From the IMG/VR virus record IMGVR_UViG_3300044634_001040: 20,000 nucleotides of DNA; one strand, 5' to 3'. Below, piece by piece: positions 1 through 8,133 of this stretch. Source of the DNA: an uncultured virus (IMG/VR IMGVR_UViG_3300044634_001040) (taxonomy: Duplodnaviria; Heunggongvirae; Uroviricota; Caudoviricetes). Under the pieces are notes generated by a model. It was not told the origin of the DNA. It saw nothing but the letters and a program-made list of their open reading frames with translations, and made no database searches. Every line of letters starts with the position of its first letter. Position 1 is the first letter of the stretch. The translations under genes and the position numbers were made by a program.

Positions 1-1
1 G

Positions 2-322
2 GGTACTCAAGGAACTCAAGGAACTCAAGGTATACAAGGAACTCAGGGCACTCAAGGTCTTCAGGGCACACAAGGTACGCAAGGAACTCAGGGAACTCAA
101 GGTACGCAAGGAACTCAGGGAACCCAAGGGCTTCAGGGTACTCAAGGAACTCAAGGAACACAAGGAACCCAAGGTCTTCAGGGTACTCAGGGTACTCAAG
201 GAACCCAAGGTCTTCAAGGAACTCAGGGCACTCAAGGGACACAGGGTCTTCAAGGAACTCAGGGCACTCAAGGGACACAGGGTCTTCAAGGAACTGGTGT
301 TCAAGGATTACAAGGTCTGGAT
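2..322 (+). repeat. Collagen Gly-X-Gln tract 1 (9-bp period)
   Basis: 32 uninterrupted G-X-Q triplets at 2..289, a G-T interruption, then GVQ-GLQ-GLD. Confidence 0.95.
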
Positions 323-2530
323 GGTGGTTTTAATAATTGGTTAGTAAAAACAACTACATACACCGCAGTTTCCGGAGACAGAATTCTAGCAGACACTTCT
401 GGGGGAACATTCACAATTAATCTTCCGGCTGCTCCTTCTACAGGCGATTTTGTAATTATTGCAGATCCAGCCGACTGGGCGGCCACCAACCTTACGGTTG
501 GAAGAAACGGAAGCACAATCGAAGGAGTTTCAGACGACGTTGCAATGGATGTGAAAGGTTTCTCTGTAGAATTTGCTTATGATGGCTCTACTTGGGAAAT
601 ATTTACTGCAATTGGTGTTCAAGGTATTCAAGGTGTACAGGGTCCTCAAGGACTCCAAGGTAGACAAGGTACTCAAGGTCTTCAGGGAACTCAAGGCACT
701 CAAGGTGTACAGGGTCCTCAAGGACTCCAAGGTAGACAAGGTACTCAAGGTCTTCAGGGAACTCAAGGCACTCAAGGTCTTCAGGGAACTCAAGGCACTC
801 AAGGTCTTCAAGGAACACAAGGAACGCAGGGAACTCAAGGCACTCAAGGTCTTCAGGGAACTCAAGGTACTCAAGGTCTTCAAGGAACACAAGGAACGCA
901 GGGAACTCAAGGTACTCAAGGTCTACAGGGTACTCAGGGAACTCAAGGTCTACAGGGTCCTCAGGGAACTCAAGGTCTACAGGGTAGACAGGGTGTACAA
1001 GGATTTGATGGCGGTTTGCTTACACCCGGTAGTTATGTAGTTCGTGCAGTTAAAGACATAGCACAAACTGTCACCAACGGCGCCGATACAGTTGTTACAT
1101 TTTCAGATGATTTTGATCCACAGAATTGGTTCGCTTCAAATAGGTTCCAACCAACTGTTGCCGGTTATTACAATATTACTGCTCAGGTTTGGTGGGATGC
1201 TGGCGCAGTAACTAATAATCAAAACAATATCCAACTTAGAAAAAATGGAACTACGCAGCTAGCAATTAGTCAAGATCAAATCATGACTGGTTCTGGTTAT
1301 GCAATGACATTTTCCACTATTGCATATTTTAACGGTACAACAGATTATGTCGAAGTTACTGCATTTACTGGAAATACAACTTCTCAGAACATTAATAGCA
1401 GTGCAAACGGCACATATTTTACAGCTGCATTGTATGCATATGGCCCGCAGGGTATTCAAGGTATTCAAGGTACAACTGGAACTCAAGGTTTCCAAGGTAT
1501 TCAAGGAACTCAGGGAACACAAGGTACACAAGGGACTCAGGGCACGCAGGGTACTCAAGGCCTACAAGGTAGACAAGGTTTCCAAGGTATTCAAGGTACC
1601 CAAGGAACTCAGGGTACAACTGGATCCCAAGGTCTCCAAGGTATTCAAGGTATTCAAGGTACTCAAGGAACCCAAGGTACGACTGGATCTCAAGGCCTAC
1701 AAGGTAGACAAGGTTTCCAAGGTATTCAAGGAACTCAGGGAACACAAGGTACAACTGGAACTCAAGGTTTCCAAGGTATTCAAGGTATTCAAGGTACTCA
1801 AGGAACCCAAGGTACGACTGGATCTCAAGGTCTTCAGGGAACTCAAGGAACTCAAGGAACGCAGGGTCTTCAGGGTACTCAGGGTACACAAGGTCTTCAG
1901 GGTACTCAGGGTACTCAAGGTCTTCAGGGAACTCAAGGGACACAGGGTCTTCAGGGTACTCGGGGTACACAAGGTCTTCAGGGTACTCAGGGTACTCAGG
2001 GTACTCAAGGCATTCAAGGTATTCAAGGGGTTGGCTCTCAAGGTATTGGCGGAACAGGTTCACAGGGTGTTCAAGGTATCCAAGGTACATCAGGACCGTC
2101 TACTACGATTAACGCGTCTGACGATACCACCACTAATGCGACTCATTACCCAGTATTCGTAGCAGCGGCTGGATCGAATCAAACGGCAGAAGTTTCTACA
2201 ACTAAACTGTATTTCAATCCTTCGACCGGTGATCTCTCGGCGACTAACTTCAACTCGCTTTCAGACGAAACGTTTAAAGAAAACTTTATGTCTATTGATA
2301 ACAGCTTTGATATTCTAGAAAGAATAAATACATATAGTTTCGATTGGAAAGATAACAAAACTAAGAGTTACGGTGTGATTGCGCAGGAACTTGAAAAGAT
2401 AATGCCAGAACTCGTGAAAACAAACGGAAACGGTTGGAAGACGGTTGCATATACTCCACTTATTGCGATCTTAATAGAAGCAGTTAAGAGACTAAAAGCC
2501 GATATCGAAAACATAAAGAGAGATAACTAA
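2..2530 (+). CDS. Collagen-like (Gly-X-Gln) virion fibre protein with a gp34-like beta domain, a C1q/TNF-like domain and a C-terminal peptidase S74 intramolecular chaperone; 5'-truncated
   Basis: The frame of the 545..2530 ORF is open back to position 2 (GTQGTQ...GLDGGFNNWLVKTTTYTAVSGDRILADTSGGTFTINLPAAPSTGDFVIIAD...), so ATG545 is internal and the true start is upstream of the window. There are three G-X-Q tracts. The domain at ~1010-1441 has C1q-like motifs (FQPTVAGYYNITAQV, QLRKNG, YFNGTTDYVEV). The C-terminus SDETFKEN...FDWKD...YGVIAQELEKIMPELV...VAYTPLIAILIEAVKRL matches S74 with S-x4-K spacing. Confidence 0.88.
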   Translation, partial: GTQGTQGTQGIQGTQGTQGLQGTQGTQGTQGTQGTQGTQGTQGLQGTQGTQGTQGTQGLQGTQGTQGTQGLQGTQGTQGTQGLQGTQGTQGTQGLQGTGVQGLQGLDGGFNNWLVKTTTYTAVSGDRILADTSGGTFTINLPAAPSTGDFVIIADPADWAATNLTVGRNGSTIEGVSDDVAMDVKGFSVEFAYDGSTWEIFTAIGVQGIQGVQGPQGLQGRQGTQGLQGTQGTQGVQGPQGLQGRQGTQGLQGTQGTQGLQGTQGTQGLQGTQGTQGTQGTQGLQGTQGTQGLQGTQGTQGTQGTQGLQGTQGTQGLQGPQGTQGLQGRQGVQGFDGGLLTPGSYVVRAVKDIAQTVTNGADTVVTFSDDFDPQNWFASNRFQPTVAGYYNITAQVWWDAGAVTNNQNNIQLRKNGTTQLAISQDQIMTGSGYAMTFSTIAYFNGTTDYVEVTAFTGNTTSQNINSSANGTYFTAALYAYGPQGIQGIQGTTGTQGFQGIQGTQGTQGTQGTQGTQGTQGLQGRQGFQGIQGTQGTQGTTGSQGLQGIQGIQGTQGTQGTTGSQGLQGRQGFQGIQGTQGTQGTTGTQGFQGIQGIQGTQGTQGTTGSQGLQGTQGTQGTQGLQGTQGTQGLQGTQGTQGLQGTQGTQGLQGTRGTQGLQGTQGTQGTQGIQGIQGVGSQGIGGTGSQGVQGIQGTSGPSTTINASDDTTTNATHYPVFVAAAGSNQTAEVSTTKLYFNPSTGDLSATNFNSLSDETFKENFMSIDNSFDILERINTYSFDWKDNKTKSYGVIAQELEKIMPELVKTNGNGWKTVAYTPLIAILIEAVKRLKADIENIKRDN
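614..1009 (+). repeat. Collagen Gly-X-Gln tract 2 (44 triplets)
   Basis: GVQGIQ...GVQGFD; contains a perfect 72-bp tandem duplication (629..700 = 701..772). Confidence 0.95.
1442..2101 (+). repeat. Collagen Gly-X-Y tract 3 (65 triplets to 2026 plus an interrupted tail)
   Basis: GPQGIQ...GIQ with GTT/GSQ/GFQ triplets; contains an imperfect 135-bp-period duplication (e.g. 1556 vs 1691, 1636 vs 1771). Confidence 0.95.
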
Positions 2531-2799
2531 TGCCAGTATCGTTAAGGACGTTAGTAGGAGTTAATGTTAGTATTGGCGGAATAACCGCTGATGGCGCAGG
2601 AAATATAGGCATTGGGACGTTAATCCCATCTCAAAAACTGCACGTGGAAGGCAATGTTAGAATAACTGGAGCCATATATGACAGCACAAATTCACCTGGA
2701 TCTTTTGGACAAGTATTACACTCTTCTGCAAACAGTGTCTTTTGGGATACACCTGTAACGACGGCAGACGCAGTTGCATACGCAATCGCATTGGGTTAA
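2530..2799 (+). CDS. Small fibre-associated/structural protein (89 aa)
   Basis: Translationally coupled to the collagen gene (TAATG overlap). It has the GNIGIGT..P..KLHVEG fibre-shaft motif, a GQVL-S---W motif and a hydrophobic C-terminal AVAYAIALG end typical of phage fibre/adaptor proteins. Confidence 0.7.
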   Translation: MPVSLRTLVGVNVSIGGITADGAGNIGIGTLIPSQKLHVEGNVRITGAIYDSTNSPGSFGQVLHSSANSVFWDTPVTTADAVAYAIALG

Positions 2800-2820
2800 A
2801 TAATCAACGCTATCGTGGCA

Positions 2821-2828
2821 GATAAATA
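2821..2828 (+). promoter_or_regulatory. Possible T4-type late promoter (GATAAATA, 7/8 match)
   Basis: Intergenic, ~45 nt upstream of the first gene of the glycan cassette; one mismatch to TATAAATA. Confidence 0.45.
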
Positions 2829-2871
2829 AATGTAGTTGAGATAACTATATTATGCGGAGACTTATTACACT

Positions 2872-3936
2872 ATGTCATTTTTTGAACACATAAAAGATTC
2901 ATATCAAGTAGAGCAAACATACAGATATGAAACTTCTATCACTCTAGCACAACAAGCATTAACGGACGGCGGCAGCATTCATCCGCTTATCGTTCCAGTC
3001 GAACTCACCGGTGGAACTGGTCTCATGAACCCATCCATCTTGGTTCATAATGATAAATTGATTGTTAATGTAAGATGCACCAACTATCTATTCTATCATT
3101 CAGAGAAAAAGAAATTCGTCCATCCTTGGGGGCCTCTAACATATCTTCACCCCGAAGACGATATGAAGCTTCGCACTGAAAACTACTACTGCGAACTTGA
3201 TGATAACTATAACATTACTAGATTCAATCACGTAGATACTTCAAGATTGGACAAAGAACCAATCTGGGACTTCGTAGGACTTGAAGACGCAAGACTCGTG
3301 GAATGGGGCGGAAAGCTCTATATGACTGGAGTTCGTAGAGATACGACTACAAACGGACAGGGTCGTATGGAACTGTCAGAGATAGAAGTTCTGGAAAACG
3401 AAGTCATAGAAGTGTCAAGAACTCGTATCGGTGCACCTGGTGAAGACAAGTCTTATTGCGAAAAGAATTGGATGCCAGTTCTAGATCAAAACTATACGTA
3501 CATAAAGTGGTGCAACCCAACAGAAGTAGTTCTTGTAGATATAGAAAAATCTAAAGCAGAAACAGCCTTTCTTAGCGAGAAGCGTCTGTTTAATGGAAAT
3601 CCTAAGGGTCTTACAGAACCTCGTGGAGGATCGCAAGTCATTCCGTTCGGTGATCACTATATTGCTCTTACTCACGAGGTGGATCTGTTTAAAGGAGAGA
3701 AGCGAGTAAAGGACGGAGTATATCGGCATCGCTTTATAGTATGGGATAGGAACTGGGACATAGTAGGTTTCTCTGATGACTTTACCATTATGGGAGGACA
3801 TACTGAGTTTACGTGCGGAATGTGTCACCATAAAGGAAAGATCCTCATCACGTTTGGTTTTCAAGACAACGTTGCATACGTATTAGAAACTCCATATGCA
3901 ACCGTAGAAAAGTTTTTAAATTATGCAAAGGGTTAA
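2872..3936 (+). CDS. Five-bladed beta-propeller glycoside hydrolase/phosphorylase/transferase-like protein (GH130/GT91-like)
   Basis: Motifs MNPSI, GLEDARL (3283), YCEKNWMP (3460), RGGSQ, THE, EFTCG, ITFGFQDN; the exact activity cannot be determined from sequence. Confidence 0.65.
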   Translation: MSFFEHIKDSYQVEQTYRYETSITLAQQALTDGGSIHPLIVPVELTGGTGLMNPSILVHNDKLIVNVRCTNYLFYHSEKKKFVHPWGPLTYLHPEDDMKLRTENYYCELDDNYNITRFNHVDTSRLDKEPIWDFVGLEDARLVEWGGKLYMTGVRRDTTTNGQGRMELSEIEVLENEVIEVSRTRIGAPGEDKSYCEKNWMPVLDQNYTYIKWCNPTEVVLVDIEKSKAETAFLSEKRLFNGNPKGLTEPRGGSQVIPFGDHYIALTHEVDLFKGEKRVKDGVYRHRFIVWDRNWDIVGFSDDFTIMGGHTEFTCGMCHHKGKILITFGFQDNVAYVLETPYATVEKFLNYAKG

Positions 3937-3937
3937 T

Positions 3938-5539
3938 ATGCTTGAAGAAATGAAACAATTGATCACGATGTTTGCTCTTAACCCTAGTGATCCAGAAGTA
4001 AGTTTTACTCTAGGATCTTACTATGAGGATCTGGGGCAGTATTCTTCGGCTGGTTCTTATTACTTAAGAACAGCAGAAAGAACAGAGAACCGTCTTCTGT
4101 CATATGAGAGCCTAATAAGGTTTGCAGCATGTACTGCTTCACTAGGAAGACGTAGATATTCAACAAAGGGTATGCTAAACTTTGCGATATCGCATATGCC
4201 TGATAGACCCGAAGCATATTTAATTCTAAGTAAGTTCATAGAAAATAACGAAACGAACGATGAGAAGTGGTTCACCGCGTACTCTCTAGTGTGCACCGCA
4301 TTATCTATTAAAGACATAGATAATTTAAAACCCTTGAGATTTAAAACTATTTTTGAAGGAAAGTATTCACTTCTTTTGCAAAAAGCGCATGCTGGTTTTA
4401 ACAGCGGTTTCATTGAAGAAGCAAGAGAGATATTACTATCGTTAACAAAGATCAAGGACGTTCCGAACCACATAAAAAGAGATGCGTTAAAGAATCTTAT
4501 GCAGATCAAAAAAGAAAACGAAAGAGCTAACTACTATCACAACTCTTCAGATTTAAAGGATGTATATAGTTCTAGTCTTTCCAAATATGTTTTGGAAAAG
4601 GGAGGATCCGTGCATTCTATCGTAGTTCCTCATTCTGTTTCTAAAGGAGTTGCGACTACAAATGCTTCCGTGTTTGTTGATGATAAAGAGAGAGTCTTTG
4701 TAAACTTAAGAGAAACAAACTACACACTCTACTACAGTAATAAGTTTCCAGAAAAAGACGGTCCTCTCAAATATCTATATTCCGACAACGACATTAATAT
4801 CAGATCCGAAAACGTCGTGTGCAGATTAGACGATCGACTTAATGTTATAACTGCAGATCGCGTTGACATGAGACTCAATGAGAATCCTAACTGGTTCTAC
4901 ATTGGATTGGAAGATGCTAGGTTTGTAGAGTGGGATGGAAAGAAGTATCTATGTGGAGTAAGAAGGGACCACATACTAGAAGGTAAGGGTCGTATGGATC
5001 TTTCACAGATCGAGATAACCGAGAATGGCGTAGTCGAAGTAGAACGTTTTTCAATTCCTGCGCCAGGAAACGACGATACCTATTGTGAAAAGAACTGGAT
5101 GCCTGTTCTAGATAAACCGTTCCAATGGGTGAAGTGGTCTAACCCAACTCAGATAGTTTCATTTGATACTAAAACTCTAAAGACCGAGACCGTTCACTTG
5201 GAAGAGTCTAAGACTTATCGGTTTCCTCGAGACTTAAGAGGCGGTTCTCATATTCTTCCTTGGAATGACGATTACTACATAGGTGTTACTCACGAGTGCT
5301 TATATAGCGGCAAGGATAGCGGAAGAAGATACTTTCAGCGAATCGTAGTCTGGGATAGAAACTGGAACATCGTATGCTCTACTCGTGACTTTACTATGAT
5401 GGGTGGTACTATTGAGTTTGTATCTGGTATTGCTTACCATAAGAATGACGTACTTATATCCTATGGCTATGAAGATAATGCTTCTTACATACTAAGAATA
5501 CCTAGAGACGTGTTTGATGATTTTATTTTGAGAGGGTAA
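3938..5539 (+). CDS. TPR-repeat + GH130/GT91-like beta-propeller protein (paralogue of the upstream gene)
   Basis: The N-terminal helical region is TPR-like (NPSDPEVSFTLGSYYEDLGQYSSAGSYYLRTAE; MPDRPEAYLILSKF). The C-terminal ~330 aa are collinear with 2872..3936 (GLEDARF 4910, YCEKNWMPVLD 5087, LRGGS, VWDRNW). The start is more likely ATG3938 than 3923: it lies 1 nt after the upstream stop, follows AAGGG, and aligns with the MLKE start of the next gene. Confidence 0.7.
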   Translation: MLEEMKQLITMFALNPSDPEVSFTLGSYYEDLGQYSSAGSYYLRTAERTENRLLSYESLIRFAACTASLGRRRYSTKGMLNFAISHMPDRPEAYLILSKFIENNETNDEKWFTAYSLVCTALSIKDIDNLKPLRFKTIFEGKYSLLLQKAHAGFNSGFIEEAREILLSLTKIKDVPNHIKRDALKNLMQIKKENERANYYHNSSDLKDVYSSSLSKYVLEKGGSVHSIVVPHSVSKGVATTNASVFVDDKERVFVNLRETNYTLYYSNKFPEKDGPLKYLYSDNDINIRSENVVCRLDDRLNVITADRVDMRLNENPNWFYIGLEDARFVEWDGKKYLCGVRRDHILEGKGRMDLSQIEITENGVVEVERFSIPAPGNDDTYCEKNWMPVLDKPFQWVKWSNPTQIVSFDTKTLKTETVHLEESKTYRFPRDLRGGSHILPWNDDYYIGVTHECLYSGKDSGRRYFQRIVVWDRNWNIVCSTRDFTMMGGTIEFVSGIAYHKNDVLISYGYEDNASYILRIPRDVFDDFILRG

Positions 5540-5540
5540 C

Positions 5541-6557
5541 ATGCTTAAAGAAAAGATTAACACTTATATAAGTGATCCAGGAAACGCTCAGTACAACTAC
5601 GATCTTGGAAAAGAGTATGAAATCCTTCAGCAGTATTCTTCTGCCTGTGGATACTTTCTAAGAGCGGCAGATAGGACAGATGACGTAGAACTTATCTATA
5701 ATTCTCTAGTGTCAGCTGCAAAGTCATTGATAGAACATGGCGATAGTTTTGCGATGGCAGAGAAAATTTTAAAGAATGCATTGAACGTTGACTCGTCAAG
5801 AATAGATGCGTTTTATATGTTACTGCTAATATATAAATATATTGGAAAAGAAGATGATTTTATGAACATACATCCGTTCTTTCTTAAAGCAAAAGAAAAG
5901 AACACTAAGAGTGAGATATATGATATGGTAAATTTGAACGACATAATGAAAAAGTATATTCCTTCGGTTGGTACTATTAGACATTCGGAAGACCAGCCGC
6001 AAAAAAATTTCAAACACATGATAGAGAAAGAGTTCGCGATCGCGGCTTCGTCTCCTAGTGACATTCACGAACACCTTCCAGTTCTATATGAACTAGCTAA
6101 AGATTGTAATCATATAATAGAGATGGGTGTAAGAACCGGAATAAGTACACGAGCATTCTTAAGAGTTGATGCGAGACTAATTTCATATGACATCGTAACA
6201 GATCAAAAAGTAGTAGATCTAATCAACGAGGCAAAGAAAGCTGGAAAGGATGCTACATTCATCGAAGCAGACGTTCTTAAGATTGATATCGAAGAAACAG
6301 ACCTGCTCTTCATTGATACTTGGCATACATACGAGCAGTTAAAACAAGAGCTTTCACTTCATGGAAATAAGTCTAGAAAATACATGGTGTTCCACGATAC
6401 AAATACTTTTGGTCTAAAGAACGAGGGAGGCCAAGCATACAGTACTTCTCAAGGTCTTCTTCCAGCTATAATAGAGTTTCTCATGGTTAACCCTCACTGG
6501 AGATTCAAAAAATTCTTAACAAACAACAACGGTTTAACTGTTTTAGAAAGGTTATAA
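5541..6557 (+). CDS. TPR-repeat + class I SAM-dependent methyltransferase (Methyltransf_24-like, possibly a sugar O-methyltransferase)
   Basis: The N-terminal TPR module is homologous to that of 3938..5539. The C-terminal domain has IIEMGVRTGIST (motif I), LISYDI, DLLFIDTWHTYEQ and VFHDT. Confidence 0.75.
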   Translation: MLKEKINTYISDPGNAQYNYDLGKEYEILQQYSSACGYFLRAADRTDDVELIYNSLVSAAKSLIEHGDSFAMAEKILKNALNVDSSRIDAFYMLLLIYKYIGKEDDFMNIHPFFLKAKEKNTKSEIYDMVNLNDIMKKYIPSVGTIRHSEDQPQKNFKHMIEKEFAIAASSPSDIHEHLPVLYELAKDCNHIIEMGVRTGISTRAFLRVDARLISYDIVTDQKVVDLINEAKKAGKDATFIEADVLKIDIEETDLLFIDTWHTYEQLKQELSLHGNKSRKYMVFHDTNTFGLKNEGGQAYSTSQGLLPAIIEFLMVNPHWRFKKFLTNNNGLTVLERL

Positions 6558-6558
6558 T

Positions 6559-8130
6559 ATGATAGTAGATTTTTTTCCATTTTTTGCTCCGTATGGCGAG
6601 CAAACACTAGAGCTGAGAGTAAATCTTCTTAAAGATTATGTAGACTATTTTGTGATTGCAGAGTCGAATAAAACACATAGCGGACAGAACGTCGAGAGAA
6701 AATTTAGTGAGATTGCAAAAAAACTAAATTTACCAGAAGATAAGATCGTATATATAGAGCACGATATTCCAGAAGACGAAGATCTAGTGATTCTTCCTAT
6801 CGACACCGCGGATATGAAAAACGATAGTCGTAACGAAATTGAATCAAAGAGAGCAAAGGTAAGAGAGCGCCTACAGAAAGATGCTCTTTTAATTGCGCTA
6901 GATAAGTTTGATGATGATACCGTGTTCATACATAGTGACGCTGACGAAATTATAAAGCCTGAAGTTATTCAATATCTTTCTAACGTATGCAAGCAAAATC
7001 AAAATATTATTATTAAAGTTCCGTTGATATACTTAGAAGGAAGAGCAGACCTTCGTGTTTGTTATAGTAATGGGTATCCAGTAGATTGGTCTGGCGGAAT
7101 GTTTCTTGCTACGAAGAGTCAACTAAAAAAAATAAATCCTTCGAATATAAGATCAAATATCGGTAACCCATTTCCTGTTCATTATATAACAGAAAATGGA
7201 CAACCCGTTAAAGATCTTGGATGGCACTTGTCATGGATGGGCGGAGTTGAAAATAGAGTTTTAAAAGCAAAAGTCTTTGCCCATTACAACGATTCGTTTG
7301 AATGGATGCGTAAAGAAGATAACAGTTCTATCAAATTTAGCGATGACTCGTTTATTGATTTTCTCAACAAAACTCCTCTTACTGAAGGTTCTGTTCCACC
7401 TTCTGGAAATAATGATCATGTTTTGAAAAAGTATCCAATAAGCGAGTTGCCAAAAATGATACTTGAAAGAGAGCATCTTAAAAACTTTTTCTTACCAAAC
7501 TTTGATTACAAAGACTTGGATGTATTCGAAAAATCAGTATTAAACCCCTCTTCGATTATAAATCCTTATAAGAAGAGACTGTGGGTCGTAGATGACTTTT
7601 ATCAAAATCCGGATGAAGTAAGGAAGTATGCTATGACTAGAGAATTTGACGAGGGTGGCATAGGAAGAGGATACATTGGAAGAAGAACTCACAAACAGTA
7701 CCTCTTTAACGGATTAAAAGACGAGTTCGAAAAGATCATGGGAATGAAGGTTACTAAGTGGGAACAGTATGGAATGAACGGTAGATTCCAGTACTGCTAC
7801 GCAGGCGAACCTCTCGTGTATCACTGCGACGAACAGAAGTATGCAGGAATGTTGTTTCTAACACCAGACGCGCCATATCAGACAGGTACATCTATGTTTG
7901 CACATAAAGCAACACGTATACGTCATAACTCGCATCCAGAAATTATGAGCACATTCTCTGGTCATACTACTCTGGATAGAACTCCATACGAGCCAGTTGA
8001 TGTGGTTGGAAACGTTTATAATAGACTAGTTATATTTGATGCTGGGTTGATACACGCAGCGTCTGAATACTTTGGATATGCTTTAGAAAATTCACGTCTA
8101 TGGCAAATGTTCTTTTTTGATGCGGAGTAA
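6559..8130 (+). CDS. GT17-like (MGAT3-like GT-A) glycosyltransferase fused to a 2OG-Fe(II) oxygenase (DUF6445-like)
   Basis: The N-terminal LELRVNLLKDYVDYFVIAESNKTHSG, RERLQKD, HSDADEII (DxD) and GWHLSW motifs match GT17. The C-terminal domain from ~7570 has VVDDFYQNPDEVR, HCD (7822), AGMLFLTP, NVYNRLVIF, a distal H (8053) and RLWQMFFF, i.e. an HxD...H triad plus a 2OG-binding Arg. Confidence 0.75.
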   Translation: MIVDFFPFFAPYGEQTLELRVNLLKDYVDYFVIAESNKTHSGQNVERKFSEIAKKLNLPEDKIVYIEHDIPEDEDLVILPIDTADMKNDSRNEIESKRAKVRERLQKDALLIALDKFDDDTVFIHSDADEIIKPEVIQYLSNVCKQNQNIIIKVPLIYLEGRADLRVCYSNGYPVDWSGGMFLATKSQLKKINPSNIRSNIGNPFPVHYITENGQPVKDLGWHLSWMGGVENRVLKAKVFAHYNDSFEWMRKEDNSSIKFSDDSFIDFLNKTPLTEGSVPPSGNNDHVLKKYPISELPKMILEREHLKNFFLPNFDYKDLDVFEKSVLNPSSIINPYKKRLWVVDDFYQNPDEVRKYAMTREFDEGGIGRGYIGRRTHKQYLFNGLKDEFEKIMGMKVTKWEQYGMNGRFQYCYAGEPLVYHCDEQKYAGMLFLTPDAPYQTGTSMFAHKATRIRHNSHPEIMSTFSGHTTLDRTPYEPVDVVGNVYNRLVIFDAGLIHAASEYFGYALENSRLWQMFFFDAE

Positions 8131-8133
8131 GAA

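Noticed and set aside
545..547. ATG545 as the start of the fibre gene
   Set aside because: The frame is open from position 2, and this Met lies inside a conserved globular domain.
1955..1963. Single GTR triplet (CGG instead of CAG) in tract 3
   Set aside because: It is a one-base change that keeps the Gly register; it is a SNP or sequencing error with no supportable significance.
2..2101. Repeats as a CRISPR array or non-coding satellite
   Set aside because: There are no unique spacers; the variation is synonymous or at the X position in an in-frame Gly-X-Y code.
530..2162. Alternative-frame and antisense ORFs over the collagen tracts (LKVFKE..., LEYLEF..., STLSSL...)
   Set aside because: They are shadows of the stop-free 9-bp repeat, lack their own RBS, and end where the repeats end.
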